Notes: a model not told the origin generated them from the sequence alone. Numbered from the stretch's first letter, positions 1 through 10,905 are shown. The stretch: 63,216 nt of DNA from Bacillota bacterium (GCA_012799185.1 JAAZLS010000009.1:1-63216), one strand, 5' to 3'. Numbers and translations: made by a program.

Positions 1-993
1 ATCGGGGCCGGCATGGGGCGTTTGAGGATGGAGCACCGCCCCGAATCGATCCCCGAAAAACAGGCGGCAGCGGCGGTCGGCCAGGGGTTACTGATACAGA
101 CTTATGAAAAGCTGTTCTCTAGGCACGGGTTAATAGCGGCCCAGGTGCTTTTAACCCGGGCCGATTTAGTTAGCCGGCGCCGCTATATCAATGCCCGCAA
201 TACTCTCCGCTGTCTACTAGGGTGGGGGGTTATACCGATTATAAATGAAAATGATACGGTATCGGCGGAAGAGATCAAATTTGGCGATAATGACCAGCTT
301 TCAGCGTTGGTAGCCGGATTGATTGATGCCCAGTTGCTGATTATTTTGACTACGGTCGATGGGTTTTATCGTGGGGATCCCTGTCGGGATCCGGAGGCCG
401 AATTAATCCCGGTGGTAAATAATATTACTCCCCAGTTAAAATCCTGGGCCGGCCGTTCCACCGATGAGCTAGCTACCGGGGGGATGGTGACCAAACTACT
501 GGCGGCGGAGATAGCTACCTCCTCGGGAACAGGTGTCTATATTGCCAATGGCACTGCTCCCGATATTTTAAAACGGATTATCTCCGGAGAGACGGTGGGT
601 ACCTATTTTTGTCCCCGAAAGCGTTATTTAAACCACCGCAAGCGTTGGATAGCCTACGGGCGGGTGGTAAAGGGGAGTGTTACCGTGGATGACGGAGCCC
701 GGCGGGCCCTTTGCCGGGGCGGTAAAAGCCTACTGCCGGTCGGAGTGGTCGGGGTTAAGGGCTCGTTTAAAATTGGTGATCTGATCGCGATGCAGGACCT
801 GGAGGGAAGGGAGTTGGGGCGGGGCCTCTCTAATTTCTCTTCGGCCACTCTTGCCCGGCTCAAGGGATATACTAGCAGCGAAATTGCCGCCACCTTAGGG
901 GATTCGGCAAGGCCGGAAGAGGTAATTCACCGGGATAACATGGTAATATACAGTTTTGAAAGGAGAGGGAAAGATGCATTCAGAGGTTGTTGA
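1..993 (+). CDS. proB: glutamate 5-kinase, 5' end cut by window edge
   Basis: The frame is open from nt 1 (IGAGMGRL...). The translation has an amino-acid kinase core (NENDTV, FGDNDQLSA, TGGMVTKL) and a C-terminal PUA-like region. It is immediately followed by proA. Confidence 0.9.
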   Translation: MGAGMGRLRMEHRPESIPEKQAAAAVGQGLLIQTYEKLFSRHGLIAAQVLLTRADLVSRRRYINARNTLRCLLGWGVIPIINENDTVSAEEIKFGDNDQLSALVAGLIDAQLLIILTTVDGFYRGDPCRDPEAELIPVVNNITPQLKSWAGRSTDELATGGMVTKLLAAEIATSSGTGVYIANGTAPDILKRIISGETVGTYFCPRKRYLNHRKRWIAYGRVVKGSVTVDDGARRALCRGGKSLLPVGVVGVKGSFKIGDLIAMQDLEGRELGRGLSNFSSATLARLKGYTSSEIAATLGDSARPEEVIHRDNMVIYSFERRGKDAFRGC

Positions 994-2227
994 GAAAGCC
1001 CGGGAAGCAAAATCCGCGGCGCGGGTCTTAGCGAGCTGTTCTACCGCTGAGAAAAACAGGGCCCTATTACTGATTGCCGATGCCCTGCAGGATAAAAGCA
1101 AACAGATACTGGCTGCCAATGAAACCGATCTTGATCATTTAAAACAGAAGCCCGGTTATACCAGTGCTTTTCATGATCGCCTCCTATTAACCCCAGAGCG
1201 GATCGACGGCATGGCCGGAGGGCTACGCGAGATCGCTGCCTTAGAGGATCCGGTGGGCGAGATAGAGGGGATGTCGCTGCGTCCCAGCGGCCTACAAATT
1301 GGAACGGTGCGGGTCCCCATCGGGGTTGTCGGTATTATTTACGAAGCCCGGCCTAACGTCACCGTCGACGCCGCCGGATTAACGCTAAAATCCGGAAACG
1401 CGGTTATTCTTCGGGGAAGCTCGGAGGCGATTCATTCCAACCGGGCCCTGGTGGCAATTATCCAGGAGCAGCTGGCGGAGGCCGGTTTGCCGAAGGGAGC
1501 GGTTGCTCTGATTGAGGATACCGATCGGGCCGCCGCCCGGGCGATGATGCGCTTAAATGAGTATCTGGATCTATTAATACCCCGGGGAGGGCCGTCGCTA
1601 ATTTCAGCTGTTATCGAGAACTCTACGGTACCGGTCATTGAGACCGGAGCCGGCAACTGCCATATCTATGTAGATGCCGGAGCCGATCTGGAGAATGCCC
1701 AGGCGATTATCCTTAATGCCAAGGTACAGCGGCCCGGGGTCTGTAACGCCGTGGAGACCCTACTGGTCCACCGGGAGGCCGCCCCCGGGTTGATTCCCTC
1801 CCTGGTTCCCGCTTTAAATGCCCAGGGGGTGGAGGTCAGGGGTGAACCGGCCAGTCAAAAGTTTCACCGGAAGATTATGCCGGCCACCAGGGAGGATTAT
1901 GAGACCGAGTTCCTAGATCTGATCCTGGCAGTGAAAATAGTAGAGAACATTGAAGAGGCAATTGAGCATATTAATCGTTATGGGACGGGGCACTCGGAAG
2001 CAATTCTTACCGCCGATTATCTGCGGGCCCGGGAATTTTTAGCAAAGGTCGATGCGGCGGCGGTCTATGTTAACGCCTCGACCCGATTCACCGATGGGAA
2101 TGAGTTTGGGCTGGGGGCAGAGATGGGTATTAGCACCCAAAAGTTGCATGCCCGCGGACCGATGGGATTAAAGGAGTTAACCACACTAAAATATATTATC
2201 TATGGCGAAGGGCAAATTCGCCCGTAA
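974..2227 (+). CDS. proA: gamma-glutamyl phosphate reductase
   Basis: The translation MHSEVVEKAREA...GVCNAVETLLVH...STRFTDG is typical ProA of the aldehyde dehydrogenase family. The ATG at 974 is preceded by AGGAGAGGGAAAG, so the TTG at 956 in the ORF track is probably too early. Confidence 0.9.
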   Translation: MHSEVVEKAREAKSAARVLASCSTAEKNRALLLIADALQDKSKQILAANETDLDHLKQKPGYTSAFHDRLLLTPERIDGMAGGLREIAALEDPVGEIEGMSLRPSGLQIGTVRVPIGVVGIIYEARPNVTVDAAGLTLKSGNAVILRGSSEAIHSNRALVAIIQEQLAEAGLPKGAVALIEDTDRAAARAMMRLNEYLDLLIPRGGPSLISAVIENSTVPVIETGAGNCHIYVDAGADLENAQAIILNAKVQRPGVCNAVETLLVHREAAPGLIPSLVPALNAQGVEVRGEPASQKFHRKIMPATREDYETEFLDLILAVKIVENIEEAIEHINRYGTGHSEAILTADYLRAREFLAKVDAAAVYVNASTRFTDGNEFGLGAEMGISTQKLHARGPMGLKELTTLKYIIYGEGQIRP

Positions 2228-2239
2228 GGGGGTTTTAAG

Positions 2240-3412
2240 ATGGGCCGGTTTCAAAATGCACTAAAAGACGAAAAAATATTACTGGTCGATACTACTTTAA
2301 GAGATGGTGAACAGACGGCGGGGGTAGTCTTCTCCAACCAGGAGAAGCTACAGATTGCCCGTATGCTGGATGGGATCGGAGTCCACCAGATCGAGGCCGG
2401 CGTCCCGGTAATGGGCGGCGATGAGAAAAATGTGGTACGCAAAATTGTAGACCTGGAGCTGGAGGCCAGCATTATGGGCTGGAACCGGGCCCATACCGGC
2501 GATGTCCAGCATTCGATCGACTGCGGGGTCGATTCGGTGGCGATCTCTATCTCCACCTCCGATATTCATATTGTCCATAAGCTTCGGACCGATCGGGACT
2601 GGGTTTTATCCAATATGACGAAGGCGGTTCGCTTTGCCAAAAAAGCCGGGCTCTATGTTTCGGTTAATGCCGAGGATGCCTCCCGCAGCGAACTGGACTT
2701 TTTGCTTAAATTTGCCCGGGAGGCCCGGGATGCAGGGGCCGATCGCCTGCGCTATTGTGATACGGTCGGAGTCCTAGAGCCATTTAAAACCTATGAACTG
2801 GTGAAAACGATCATTGAAGAGACCGGGATGGAGATCGAGATGCATACCCACAATGATTTTGGCATGGCCACCGCCAACGCCCTGGCCGGTGCCCGGGCCG
2901 GTGCTCGCTTAATTGGAGTTACTGTAAGCGGCCTAGGAGAAAGGGCCGGGAATGCCGCCCTAGAGGAGATCACCATGGCCCTGAAGTTCCTTATGGGTAC
3001 CGACATGGGGATCGATACCAAGCGGTTCCACGAGGTATCTGAGTATGTGGGCCGGGCTGCCGGTAGACCCGTATCGCCGGGGCGGCCGATTGTCGGCTCC
3101 AATGCCTTTGCCCATGAGTCGGGCATCCATGCCGATGGGGTGCTGAAAAACCCGGCTACCTACGAGGTATTCAGCCCCGAAGATGTGGGCTTGCAGCGTC
3201 AGATTATCATCGGTAAACACTCTGGCTCCAAGTCGGTGATGATGAAGTTTAAAGAGTACGGCATCCAGCTCACCGGGGAGGAGGCGGGAGAGCTGCTTCC
3301 CATGGTCCGCAGCGCAACGGTCGAGCTGAAACGGCCCCTTTTTGATAAGGAGATCATGTACATTTATGAAGATTATCTACATCAAAAAAGAAAAAATAAG
3401 CATGTAAATTAA
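2240..3412 (+). CDS. homocitrate synthase / short 2-isopropylmalate synthase family enzyme (NifV-like, no LeuA regulatory domain)
   Basis: DTTLRDGEQ and HTHNDFGMATANALAG are HMGL-like motifs. At 390 aa it lacks the C-terminal LeuA dimerisation/regulatory domain that the 512-aa leuA at 25155-26693 has. Confidence 0.7.
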   Translation: MGRFQNALKDEKILLVDTTLRDGEQTAGVVFSNQEKLQIARMLDGIGVHQIEAGVPVMGGDEKNVVRKIVDLELEASIMGWNRAHTGDVQHSIDCGVDSVAISISTSDIHIVHKLRTDRDWVLSNMTKAVRFAKKAGLYVSVNAEDASRSELDFLLKFAREARDAGADRLRYCDTVGVLEPFKTYELVKTIIEETGMEIEMHTHNDFGMATANALAGARAGARLIGVTVSGLGERAGNAALEEITMALKFLMGTDMGIDTKRFHEVSEYVGRAAGRPVSPGRPIVGSNAFAHESGIHADGVLKNPATYEVFSPEDVGLQRQIIIGKHSGSKSVMMKFKEYGIQLTGEEAGELLPMVRSATVELKRPLFDKEIMYIYEDYLHQKRKNKHVN

Positions 3413-3528
3413 ACTAAAATTACAGGTGCCTTTAGAGAATGCGACAGGGATAACTTTCACTGTCGCATCATCTTTATGTGAGACATGGACAATAATATAG
3501 TAACTAGCTTTAGAAAGGTGGGAGCTCT

Positions 3529-3804
3529 ATGTTGGACGATCTGATAGCTTTTACTTTTGGCCTGATGGCTGTAAGCAAGGAGAAGGGGGAGGAGTTAATT
3601 ACCTACCTGGTGGAAAAAGGGGAGATGAAGCGGGAAGAGGCCCGGAAAGTAGTAGACCGGCTGATCGAAAAGGGGAGCGCAGAGGGGGAACGCTATCTTG
3701 GTCGGGCCCGGGGTGCCATCGCCGAGAGGATTATTACCAGGGAAGATTTTAACCGCCTGGAATCTAAAATCGATCGGCTTCTCGCAAAGCTGGAGGCCAA
3801 ATAA
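3529..3804 (+). CDS. phasin-like / PHA synthesis regulator-like small coiled-coil protein
   Basis: A 91-aa, highly charged helical protein (GEELITYLVEKGEMKREEARKVVDRLIEKG) resembling COG3937-type phasin family proteins. The call is by pattern only. Confidence 0.45.
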   Translation: MLDDLIAFTFGLMAVSKEKGEELITYLVEKGEMKREEARKVVDRLIEKGSAEGERYLGRARGAIAERIITREDFNRLESKIDRLLAKLEAK

Positions 3805-3831
3805 ATATCCCTTAGAAAATGGGGGCTGACG

Positions 3832-4761
3832 ATGGCGGGAGATATCTACTGTGCGATCGATATCGGAGGAACCAAGACCCTGTTCTGCCTGCTCGACCGG
3901 GATCGGAATATCTATTTCAAAAGGCGTCTCCCTACCCCTGCCGGCAAAGAGGTGGAGGTACTGGTCGATACGGTTAACCGGGGCATAAATCGGGGCCTGG
4001 AGGAGACCGGCCTGGCTACTGAAAATTTAACGGGGATCGGGATCTGCATCGCCGCCTTGACAAATTTCCAGCAGGGGATCGTTTACCAGGCGCCCAACCT
4101 GGGCTGGACCCAACCGGTGGCCCTGAAGGATTATTTTAGGAAAACCTGGGGCTGTCCCCTTTATATTGAGAATGACGCCAATGCCGCTGTCCTGGGTGAG
4201 GTCTATTACGGGGCTGCCCGTGGACATCGCCATGTAATCTACATTACAATAAGTACCGGCATCGGGGGGGGGCTCTTTTTAGACGGGCAGCTTTACCGTG
4301 GGGCCGGCGGCTTTGCCGGTGAAATCGGGCATACAAAGTCGTACGGGGAGGGCCGTACTTGCGGATGTGGTGGCAGCGATTGCCTGGAGGCTTGGGCCTC
4401 CGGCAGGGGGATCGCCAGGAGTGCCGGGCGGCGGGGGGAAGACGGGTGGGATACCGCCCGGATATTTGCAAGGGCGGCCCGAGGAGATCACCGGGCCCGG
4501 GAGCTGGTCGACCAGGCGGTAACAGATATCGCTACCGGGGTGGCCAACCTGGTAACTTTCCTCAACCCCTCCTGCGTTGTTCTAGGGGGATCGGTAGCGG
4601 CAGCCAATCCGTTTTTTTTCGAGCGAGTAAGGGACTTTGTTCAAAACAAGGCTATCAGGACAGCCGTAACGGTAACGCCCCTAGAGATAGTTCCTTCCGT
4701 GCTTGAACCAGAGGCGGGAATCTGGGGAATATATGCTATGATGATTCACGAAATAGGTTAA
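3832..4761 (+). CDS. glcK: ROK-family glucokinase
   Basis: It has the N-terminal DIGGTK ATP-binding motif, the ROK signature with the Cys cluster CGCGGSDCLE, and GGGLF and GEIGH motifs. Confidence 0.8.
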   Translation: MAGDIYCAIDIGGTKTLFCLLDRDRNIYFKRRLPTPAGKEVEVLVDTVNRGINRGLEETGLATENLTGIGICIAALTNFQQGIVYQAPNLGWTQPVALKDYFRKTWGCPLYIENDANAAVLGEVYYGAARGHRHVIYITISTGIGGGLFLDGQLYRGAGGFAGEIGHTKSYGEGRTCGCGGSDCLEAWASGRGIARSAGRRGEDGWDTARIFARAARGDHRARELVDQAVTDIATGVANLVTFLNPSCVVLGGSVAAANPFFFERVRDFVQNKAIRTAVTVTPLEIVPSVLEPEAGIWGIYAMMIHEIG

Positions 4762-4781
4762 TTTATAGCCGGGAGTGATCT

Positions 4782-5483
4782 ATGTTGGGTGATTACCTTT
4801 CCATAATCCTGGAATTCCTAGGGCAGATGGTAGAGAGGTACGGAGCACTGGGAATTGCCGCCGCTATGTTTACCGAGAGCCTAGGGGTACCCTTTGCCTC
4901 TACGGTAGTCTTTCTCTCTGCCGGTAGCCTTATCTACAGCGGCAAAATCACCTTCTGGCCCCTATTTGGGGCCTCCACAGCCGGAATCACTCTGGGAAGT
5001 ATCGCCGGTTATTTTTTAGGTTATGTGAGCCGGGCCATGGGCCACGTGATCAAGTTAACCTTCCGGGGGCGCCGCCTTAGTCGGAAGCCGCCGGAAGTCA
5101 AGAAAAAGTCCAAGGTGTGGCAATTCATCGAACACTACGGCAGCTTTTCTGTGTTTATGGCCCAACTGTTTGGTTTGACGCGCACCTTTATCTCTTTCCC
5201 AGCCGGTATTATGAAGATGAACTTGCCACTATTTACGGTCTATACCGCCCTGGGAGGCGCCCTCTTTAGCCTGGTATCGATTAGCCTTAGTATCCTGCTA
5301 ACCGGTGTGGTAAAGGCTTTTTACAGCTATATTCGCCTTCTTCTTCATCAGCCGGCCCCGGTTTGGATCGTTACCATCGCCCTGGTGGCGGGGATGATCT
5401 GGTTGTACCGTCACCTGGGATGGAAAGTGCCTCTAGACAAGCTAATCGACCGGGGAAAATCCTGGCTGGAGCGTCGGATGTAA
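4782..5483 (+). CDS. DedA/SNARE-associated family membrane protein
   Basis: A multi-TM 233-aa protein with the GVPFAS-type DedA re-entrant motif (ESLGVPFAST). Confidence 0.7.
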   Translation: MLGDYLSIILEFLGQMVERYGALGIAAAMFTESLGVPFASTVVFLSAGSLIYSGKITFWPLFGASTAGITLGSIAGYFLGYVSRAMGHVIKLTFRGRRLSRKPPEVKKKSKVWQFIEHYGSFSVFMAQLFGLTRTFISFPAGIMKMNLPLFTVYTALGGALFSLVSISLSILLTGVVKAFYSYIRLLLHQPAPVWIVTIALVAGMIWLYRHLGWKVPLDKLIDRGKSWLERRM

Positions 5484-5502
5484 GGATGGAGATAGGCAAA
5501 CG

Positions 5503-6849
5503 CTAGGCCGGCCCCTCCCGCTCGGCGTTATAGTAGATCGCCATCGTATTAAGAAGGGTAATCAGGGCGAAGGCCGCACCGTAGGCCCAGATCACCCCGG
5601 AGAGCCCGTAGGCCGGGTCGGCGGTCAAATAGTAGATTAAGGCCAGGCTGAAAGCGGTGCCCGTTATATCATTTATTACCGCTACCTCCGGTCTACCCAG
5701 GCCATGCAATATAGAGGTAGTGGTAAATTGCAGGTAGGCGAGGGGAGCCAACGGGGCGAGCATGATCACCAGCGGGATTGCTCCCGGGTTCCCATAGATA
5801 GTTTTTACCAGCAACGGGGCGAAGGGAGTTAAAACCAGCCAAGTTAGTCCGCCGGTAGCGGCGGTAGCGATAAGGGCGATGGTGATCAGGCGGTGGAGAT
5901 GGCGGGGCGAGCGCAGGGTTGCCGACTGGGCTACCGCCGGCACCAGGACCATGTTCATGGGAACGATTAGTACTGTCGGTAGGTAGAGAAGGGGTACAGC
6001 CATACCGGAAAATTGCCCGAAAAGGGCCGTAGCCTGGCTGGGGCTAAAGCCGGCCACCTGGAGGCGGGAGGGTATAATCCAGGATTCCAGTGTTCCGGTT
6101 AGACCGGCACTCAGGCGGTAGGCCAGGAGGGGCAAAGCTAGGCCAAACAGTTCTCCCTTTAGGAGGCGTCGCTTCGGAGTGGGAGGGACTTGGAGGGGAG
6201 AACGGCGGTGACGGTGACTGAAAAGGGCCAGCAGGCCCAGTCCACTGAATTCGCCGGCGGCGATACCTATTACCAGCCCCAGGGTAGCATATTCCAATCC
6301 TAGCGGTAGTAAAAGGCAGGCGGCGGCCAGGCCGACACCAATTCTAACCAGCTGCTCTCCCAGCTGGGAGGTGGCCACCGGGAACATCTCGCCGCGACCC
6401 TGAAAATAGGCGCGTAAAATCGAAGAGAAGGCAACCACCGTGTAGGCTACCGGCATAAGGCGCAACCCGGGAATAATACGCGGATCGGGAACAAATTTTA
6501 ACGGAAAACAGAGCAGGATCCAGAGAAGCAAAGAGATAACAAGGGCGGTAGGGAAGGTAAAAGATAGGGCCAATCTTTGCACCTGGAGTTGCCCTGTCTG
6601 ATCATTTAAGGCATGGCGGTCGGCCACCATTTTGGTTACCGCTCCCGGTAATCCCAGGGTAGCCCCGACCGTCAATAGGAAATAGAGCGGTAAGATCATC
6701 TGGTATAGTCCCAGGCCTTCCGCACCGATCAGGCGGGAGAGATACATCCGGTTAACCATGCCTAGCAGGCGGGTAATTATGGAGGCTATCCCCAGCTGGC
6801 CGACCCCTTTAAGTAATTTTCTGCCGACAAATAATTTATTACGGGCCAT
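5503..6849 (-). CDS. MOP-superfamily polysaccharide/lipid II flippase (SpoVB/MurJ-like)
   Basis: A 448-aa polytopic membrane protein. The N-terminus (GRKLLKGVGQLGIASIITRLLGMVNRMYLSRLIGAEGLGLYQM) is typical of SpoVB-type Wzx-like flippases. Confidence 0.65.
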   Translation of the reverse strand: MARNKLFVGRKLLKGVGQLGIASIITRLLGMVNRMYLSRLIGAEGLGLYQMILPLYFLLTVGATLGLPGAVTKMVADRHALNDQTGQLQVQRLALSFTFPTALVISLLLWILLCFPLKFVPDPRIIPGLRLMPVAYTVVAFSSILRAYFQGRGEMFPVATSQLGEQLVRIGVGLAAACLLLPLGLEYATLGLVIGIAAGEFSGLGLLALFSHRHRRSPLQVPPTPKRRLLKGELFGLALPLLAYRLSAGLTGTLESWIIPSRLQVAGFSPSQATALFGQFSGMAVPLLYLPTVLIVPMNMVLVPAVAQSATLRSPRHLHRLITIALIATAATGGLTWLVLTPFAPLLVKTIYGNPGAIPLVIMLAPLAPLAYLQFTTTSILHGLGRPEVAVINDITGTAFSLALIYYLTADPAYGLSGVIWAYGAAFALITLLNTMAIYYNAEREGPA

Positions 6850-6937
6850 CTTGTTCTATCCTATGCCCCCGATGGGTATTAAAGAAGATTCGGGCCATGG
6901 TATAATTAGCTGATCTATAATAAGGGTAGGAGGAAAG

Positions 6938-8293
6938 ATGAAAGTCACCCCCCTGGAACGGGATTTAACATACTACATCGAAACCTTTGGTTGCCAGATG
7001 AATGAGCATGATAGCGAGGTGCTGGCGGGGATGCTGGAGAGTATCGGTTATCTGCCGGCCGACACCCCCGGAGAGGCGGACCTAATTCTACTTAACACCT
7101 GCGCCGTCCGACAGAAGCCGGAGCAGAAGGTCTACGCCTTACTGGGCAAGCTAAGACCCTTGAAAGAAAGGAACCCGGCCCTAGTGATCGCCGTCGCCGG
7201 TTGCATGCCCCAGCAGGAGGGAACCCCCCGGGATCTGGCCCGACGTTTTGATTTCATCGATTTAATCCTGGGTACCCATGCTCTCCCCCACCTGCCGCGT
7301 TTACTGGAAGAGGCCCGGGAAAGGGATAAACCGCTGATCGACACCGGAGAATATGAGCTATCCCGGTCGGGGCTACCGGTTCGCCGGGCCAGCCATTTTA
7401 AGGCCTGGCTGAACGTCATTTATGGTTGCAATAACTATTGCTCCTACTGTGTTGTCCCCTATGTCCGGGGGAGGGAGCGAAGTCGTACCAAGGAAGATAT
7501 TATGAAGGAGGCGACAGGACTAGCTCGCGCTGGCTACCGGGAGATAACCCTGCTCGGACAGAATGTAAACTCCTACGGCCAGGATCTATACGGACCACGG
7601 GGCTACGCCTTTGCCGATCTGCTGCTTGACCTGAATCAGGTTGAGGCCCTTTCCCGAATACGTTTCTTAACCTCCCATCCCAAGGATCTCTCTACCCGCC
7701 TGATCCAGGCGGTGGGGGAGGGGGAACGGGCTTGCGAGCATTTCCATCTCCCGGTGCAATCGGGGAGTAACCGCCTTTTAAAGGAGATGAATCGGCGCTA
7801 CAGCCGGGTGAGATACCTGGAGCTGGTAGCGGAGATTAAAGAGACGATCCCCGGGGTAGCACTAACTACCGATCTTATTGTCGGCTACCCGGGAGAAAGG
7901 GAAGAGGATTTCTTGCAAACCCTGGACCTGGTAGAAAGAGCCCGCTTTGATAGCGCCTTTGCCTTTCTCTATTCGCCGCGGGCGGGAACCCGGGCGGCTT
8001 TAAAAAAGGATAGCCTCCCACAGGAAGAGAAGAAAAAACGGTTACAGGAAATATTTAAGTTACAAAACAGGATCAGCCTGGAGATAAACCGGGCTCTGGT
8101 CGGCCAGACCCTGGAGCTCCTAGTGGAGGGGACCAGCAGGAGGGATCCACGGATGCAGTCGGGCCGTAGTCGCAGCAATAAACTTGTTCATTTTCCAGCG
8201 GATCAAGAGCTGGCGGGGAGACTGGTAGAGGTACCGGTAGCTGAAGCCTATACCTGGCACCTGGTGGGAGAATCACCGCGGGGAGGGAGTTAG
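6938..8293 (+). CDS. miaB: tRNA-2-methylthio-N6-dimethylallyladenosine synthase
   Basis: It has a UPF0004 N-domain (FGCQMNEHDSE), the radical-SAM motif CNNYCSYCVVP and a C-terminal TRAM domain. Its position before mutS matches the Firmicute arrangement. Confidence 0.92.
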   Translation: MKVTPLERDLTYYIETFGCQMNEHDSEVLAGMLESIGYLPADTPGEADLILLNTCAVRQKPEQKVYALLGKLRPLKERNPALVIAVAGCMPQQEGTPRDLARRFDFIDLILGTHALPHLPRLLEEARERDKPLIDTGEYELSRSGLPVRRASHFKAWLNVIYGCNNYCSYCVVPYVRGRERSRTKEDIMKEATGLARAGYREITLLGQNVNSYGQDLYGPRGYAFADLLLDLNQVEALSRIRFLTSHPKDLSTRLIQAVGEGERACEHFHLPVQSGSNRLLKEMNRRYSRVRYLELVAEIKETIPGVALTTDLIVGYPGEREEDFLQTLDLVERARFDSAFAFLYSPRAGTRAALKKDSLPQEEKKKRLQEIFKLQNRISLEINRALVGQTLELLVEGTSRRDPRMQSGRSRSNKLVHFPADQELAGRLVEVPVAEAYTWHLVGESPRGGS

Positions 8294-8295
8294 AA

Positions 8296-10905
8296 TTGAG
8301 TGGATTGACACCGATGATGAAACAGTACCTGGGATTTAAAGAAGAGCATCCCGATAAGATTGTCCTTTTTCAGGTTGGCGATTTTTATGAGACTTTTTTC
8401 GAGGATGCCCAGGTTGCGGCCCGGGAGCTGGAGATCGTGCTTACTACCCGTGATACGCAAAAAAAGAACCCGATCCCAATGGCCGGGGTACCGATCCATG
8501 CAGTTGAATCTTATGTTAACAGGCTCCTTAGCCGGGGCTACAAGGTGGTCATCTGTAACCAGGTAGAGGCCGGCGGCCCCGAGAAGGGACTCTTTCAACG
8601 GGAGATAACCCGCATCCTTACCCCGGGTACGATTACCGAGCCGGAGATGTTGGAAGAGAGCAGGAACAACTACCTGGTAACCCTGATCAACCTCTCCGGA
8701 CGGGAACTAAATCTTTACGGCCTGGCGGCGGTCGATGTCTCCACCGGGGAGATTCATCTGACCGAATGGCCCGGTAACAGGTTCCAGGAGGTAGCCGATG
8801 AGCTATTCCGACTCCAGCCGGCAGAATGTATTTGCAGCTCCCGGGAGTTGGCCCAAATGGTTGCACCTTACCTGCAGGAGAGAGAGACCCTCCTTGAGGT
8901 AATTGAATTTTCAGCCGGTACCGACCGGATTAAGAAAATTTATAACGGCCAATGGGGCGAGGATACCTTTGAAAAACTTGCCCTTTTTGAGTACCGAGCG
9001 GCGGCCAGCGCCGGTGCTTTGGCTTTAAGCTACCTGAAAGAGTTAAAACATCTAACGGCCGGTCATCTTCGCCTGCCGGAAATTGTTAAACCCGGCTCCG
9101 GAATGGAGGTAGATTATATTACGAGCCGGAACCTGGAGCTAACAGAGACCATTCGCGAGGGGAAAAAAGAGGGCAGCCTCCTGGGAATCCTTGATCATTG
9201 TGCCTCGGCCATGGGACGCCGGCTTTTGCGGCGTTGGGTAGAGCACCCTCTCACGGACCGGGAGCAGATCGGAGAAAGGTTGGAGGCAGTAGAGGAGCTT
9301 TACCGCAGCTCCCTGTTACGCCGGGAAATACGGGGCTTCCTACAAAGAATGATCGACCTGGAACGCTTCTGCAGCCGGCTTGGGTACCGGCGCGTCAATG
9401 CCCGTGACCTGGTTGGATTAAAAGAGGCCCTGTTACAGCTCCAGCCCCTTTTAAAGTTACTGGCCGGCTTTAAAGCTAGGCTATTACGGGATATAAGGCA
9501 GTTCCCTGATTTCAGTGCTTTAATCAACCTTATATCCCGGGCCCTGGTTGATGAGCCCCCGCTGGCTTTGCAAGAGGGAGGCCTAATTCGCGAAGGGTAC
9601 AGCGAAGAGGCGGATCGCCTGCGGTCTAAGGCCCGTGACGGACGAAGCTGGTTACTCGAATATGAAAAAGGGGAACGGGAGCGAACTGGGATTAAATCTT
9701 TGCGAATCGGCTATAATCGCAATTTTGGTTACTATATCGAGGTTACTCGCCCCAACCTGGAGCTGGTTCCCGCCGAATACCGGCGCCGCCAGACCTTGGT
9801 TAATGCCGAACGTTTTGTTACCGAAGAGTTAACCGAAATGGAGGAGGAGATTACCGGCGCCCGGGAAAAACTGGAGCAACTGGAATACCGACTTTTTGAA
9901 GAGCTGCGGGAGAAGGTGGCAGCCTTTACTCCCCGGCTGCAGGCGGCGGCCCACCGCCTGGCCCTGTTAGATTGCCTGCAAAACCTGGCCGGGGTCGCCG
10001 AGAGTAATCATTATTGCCGACCTACTTTCTGCGATAAAGGGAACCTGGATATCCGGGGGGGGCGGCACCCGGTGGTCGAACAGTTATCGGATCAGCGCTT
10101 CGTTCCCAACCATGCCCGGATGGATGATGAGAAATACGTATTGCTAATTACCGGTCCGAACATGGCTGGCAAAAGCACCTATATTCGTAGCCTGGCCCTG
10201 ATCTGCCTGATGGGCCAAATCGGCAGCTTTGTACCCGCCCGGGAGGCCACGATTCCGCTCTTAGATCGAATTTTTGCGCGGGTTGGCGCCAGCGATGACC
10301 TTAGCCGGGGCCTGAGCACCTTCATGGTCGAGATGCAGGAGACTGCCACCATTCTGAAAGAGGCCACCCCCCGGAGCCTAATCATCTTAGATGAAATCGG
10401 CCGGGGAACCAGCACCTATGATGGGATGAGCATTGCCCGGAGCGTACTGGAATATATTGCGGTGAATATAAAGGCTAAGACCCTTTTTTCAACCCACTAC
10501 CATGAGCTAACCAGCCTGGAGGAGGAGCTATCCCCGGTAAAAAACTATACCATGGCGGTCAAGGAGAAGGGGCAGGAGATTATCTTTTTAAGGCAGCTGG
10601 TTCCCGGCCAGACCGATAAGAGCTACGGTCTTAATGTAGCCCGGCTAGCGGGGATGCCCCTGCCGGTGCTAGCCCGGGCCGGGGAGGTCCTAGCTGGGCT
10701 AGAGGCGGCGGCGACCGTTACCCCCGGGCACCAGTTAACCCTGCTCCCCTATGTTCCCTCATCGCCTGGCAACCGGGTCGCCGAGGAGCTGCTAACTGAA
10801 TTAAAGGAGATTGATATTAATCGCCTGACACCACTAGAATCGCTTCGTATCCTGTACGAGCTACAGCAGAAAGCGCTGGGGGAAGAAGGAGGGGATCCTA
10901 AATAA
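8296..10905 (+). CDS. mutS: DNA mismatch repair protein MutS
   Basis: MTPMMKQY, the FYE mismatch-binding motif (GDFYETF), the Walker A GPNMAGKST, and the STF..E and DEIGRGTSTYDG motifs are present. Confidence 0.96.
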   Translation: MSGLTPMMKQYLGFKEEHPDKIVLFQVGDFYETFFEDAQVAARELEIVLTTRDTQKKNPIPMAGVPIHAVESYVNRLLSRGYKVVICNQVEAGGPEKGLFQREITRILTPGTITEPEMLEESRNNYLVTLINLSGRELNLYGLAAVDVSTGEIHLTEWPGNRFQEVADELFRLQPAECICSSRELAQMVAPYLQERETLLEVIEFSAGTDRIKKIYNGQWGEDTFEKLALFEYRAAASAGALALSYLKELKHLTAGHLRLPEIVKPGSGMEVDYITSRNLELTETIREGKKEGSLLGILDHCASAMGRRLLRRWVEHPLTDREQIGERLEAVEELYRSSLLRREIRGFLQRMIDLERFCSRLGYRRVNARDLVGLKEALLQLQPLLKLLAGFKARLLRDIRQFPDFSALINLISRALVDEPPLALQEGGLIREGYSEEADRLRSKARDGRSWLLEYEKGERERTGIKSLRIGYNRNFGYYIEVTRPNLELVPAEYRRRQTLVNAERFVTEELTEMEEEITGAREKLEQLEYRLFEELREKVAAFTPRLQAAAHRLALLDCLQNLAGVAESNHYCRPTFCDKGNLDIRGGRHPVVEQLSDQRFVPNHARMDDEKYVLLITGPNMAGKSTYIRSLALICLMGQIGSFVPAREATIPLLDRIFARVGASDDLSRGLSTFMVEMQETATILKEATPRSLIILDEIGRGTSTYDGMSIARSVLEYIAVNIKAKTLFSTHYHELTSLEEELSPVKNYTMAVKEKGQEIIFLRQLVPGQTDKSYGLNVARLAGMPLPVLARAGEVLAGLEAAATVTPGHQLTLLPYVPSSPGNRVAEELLTELKEIDINRLTPLESLRILYELQQKALGEEGGDPK

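Noticed and set aside
2240-3412. A NifV-like synthase as an indicator of a nitrogenase cluster.
   Set aside because: No nif genes are nearby. It sits after proBA and is more parsimoniously a short IPMS, citramalate or Re-citrate synthase family paralog.
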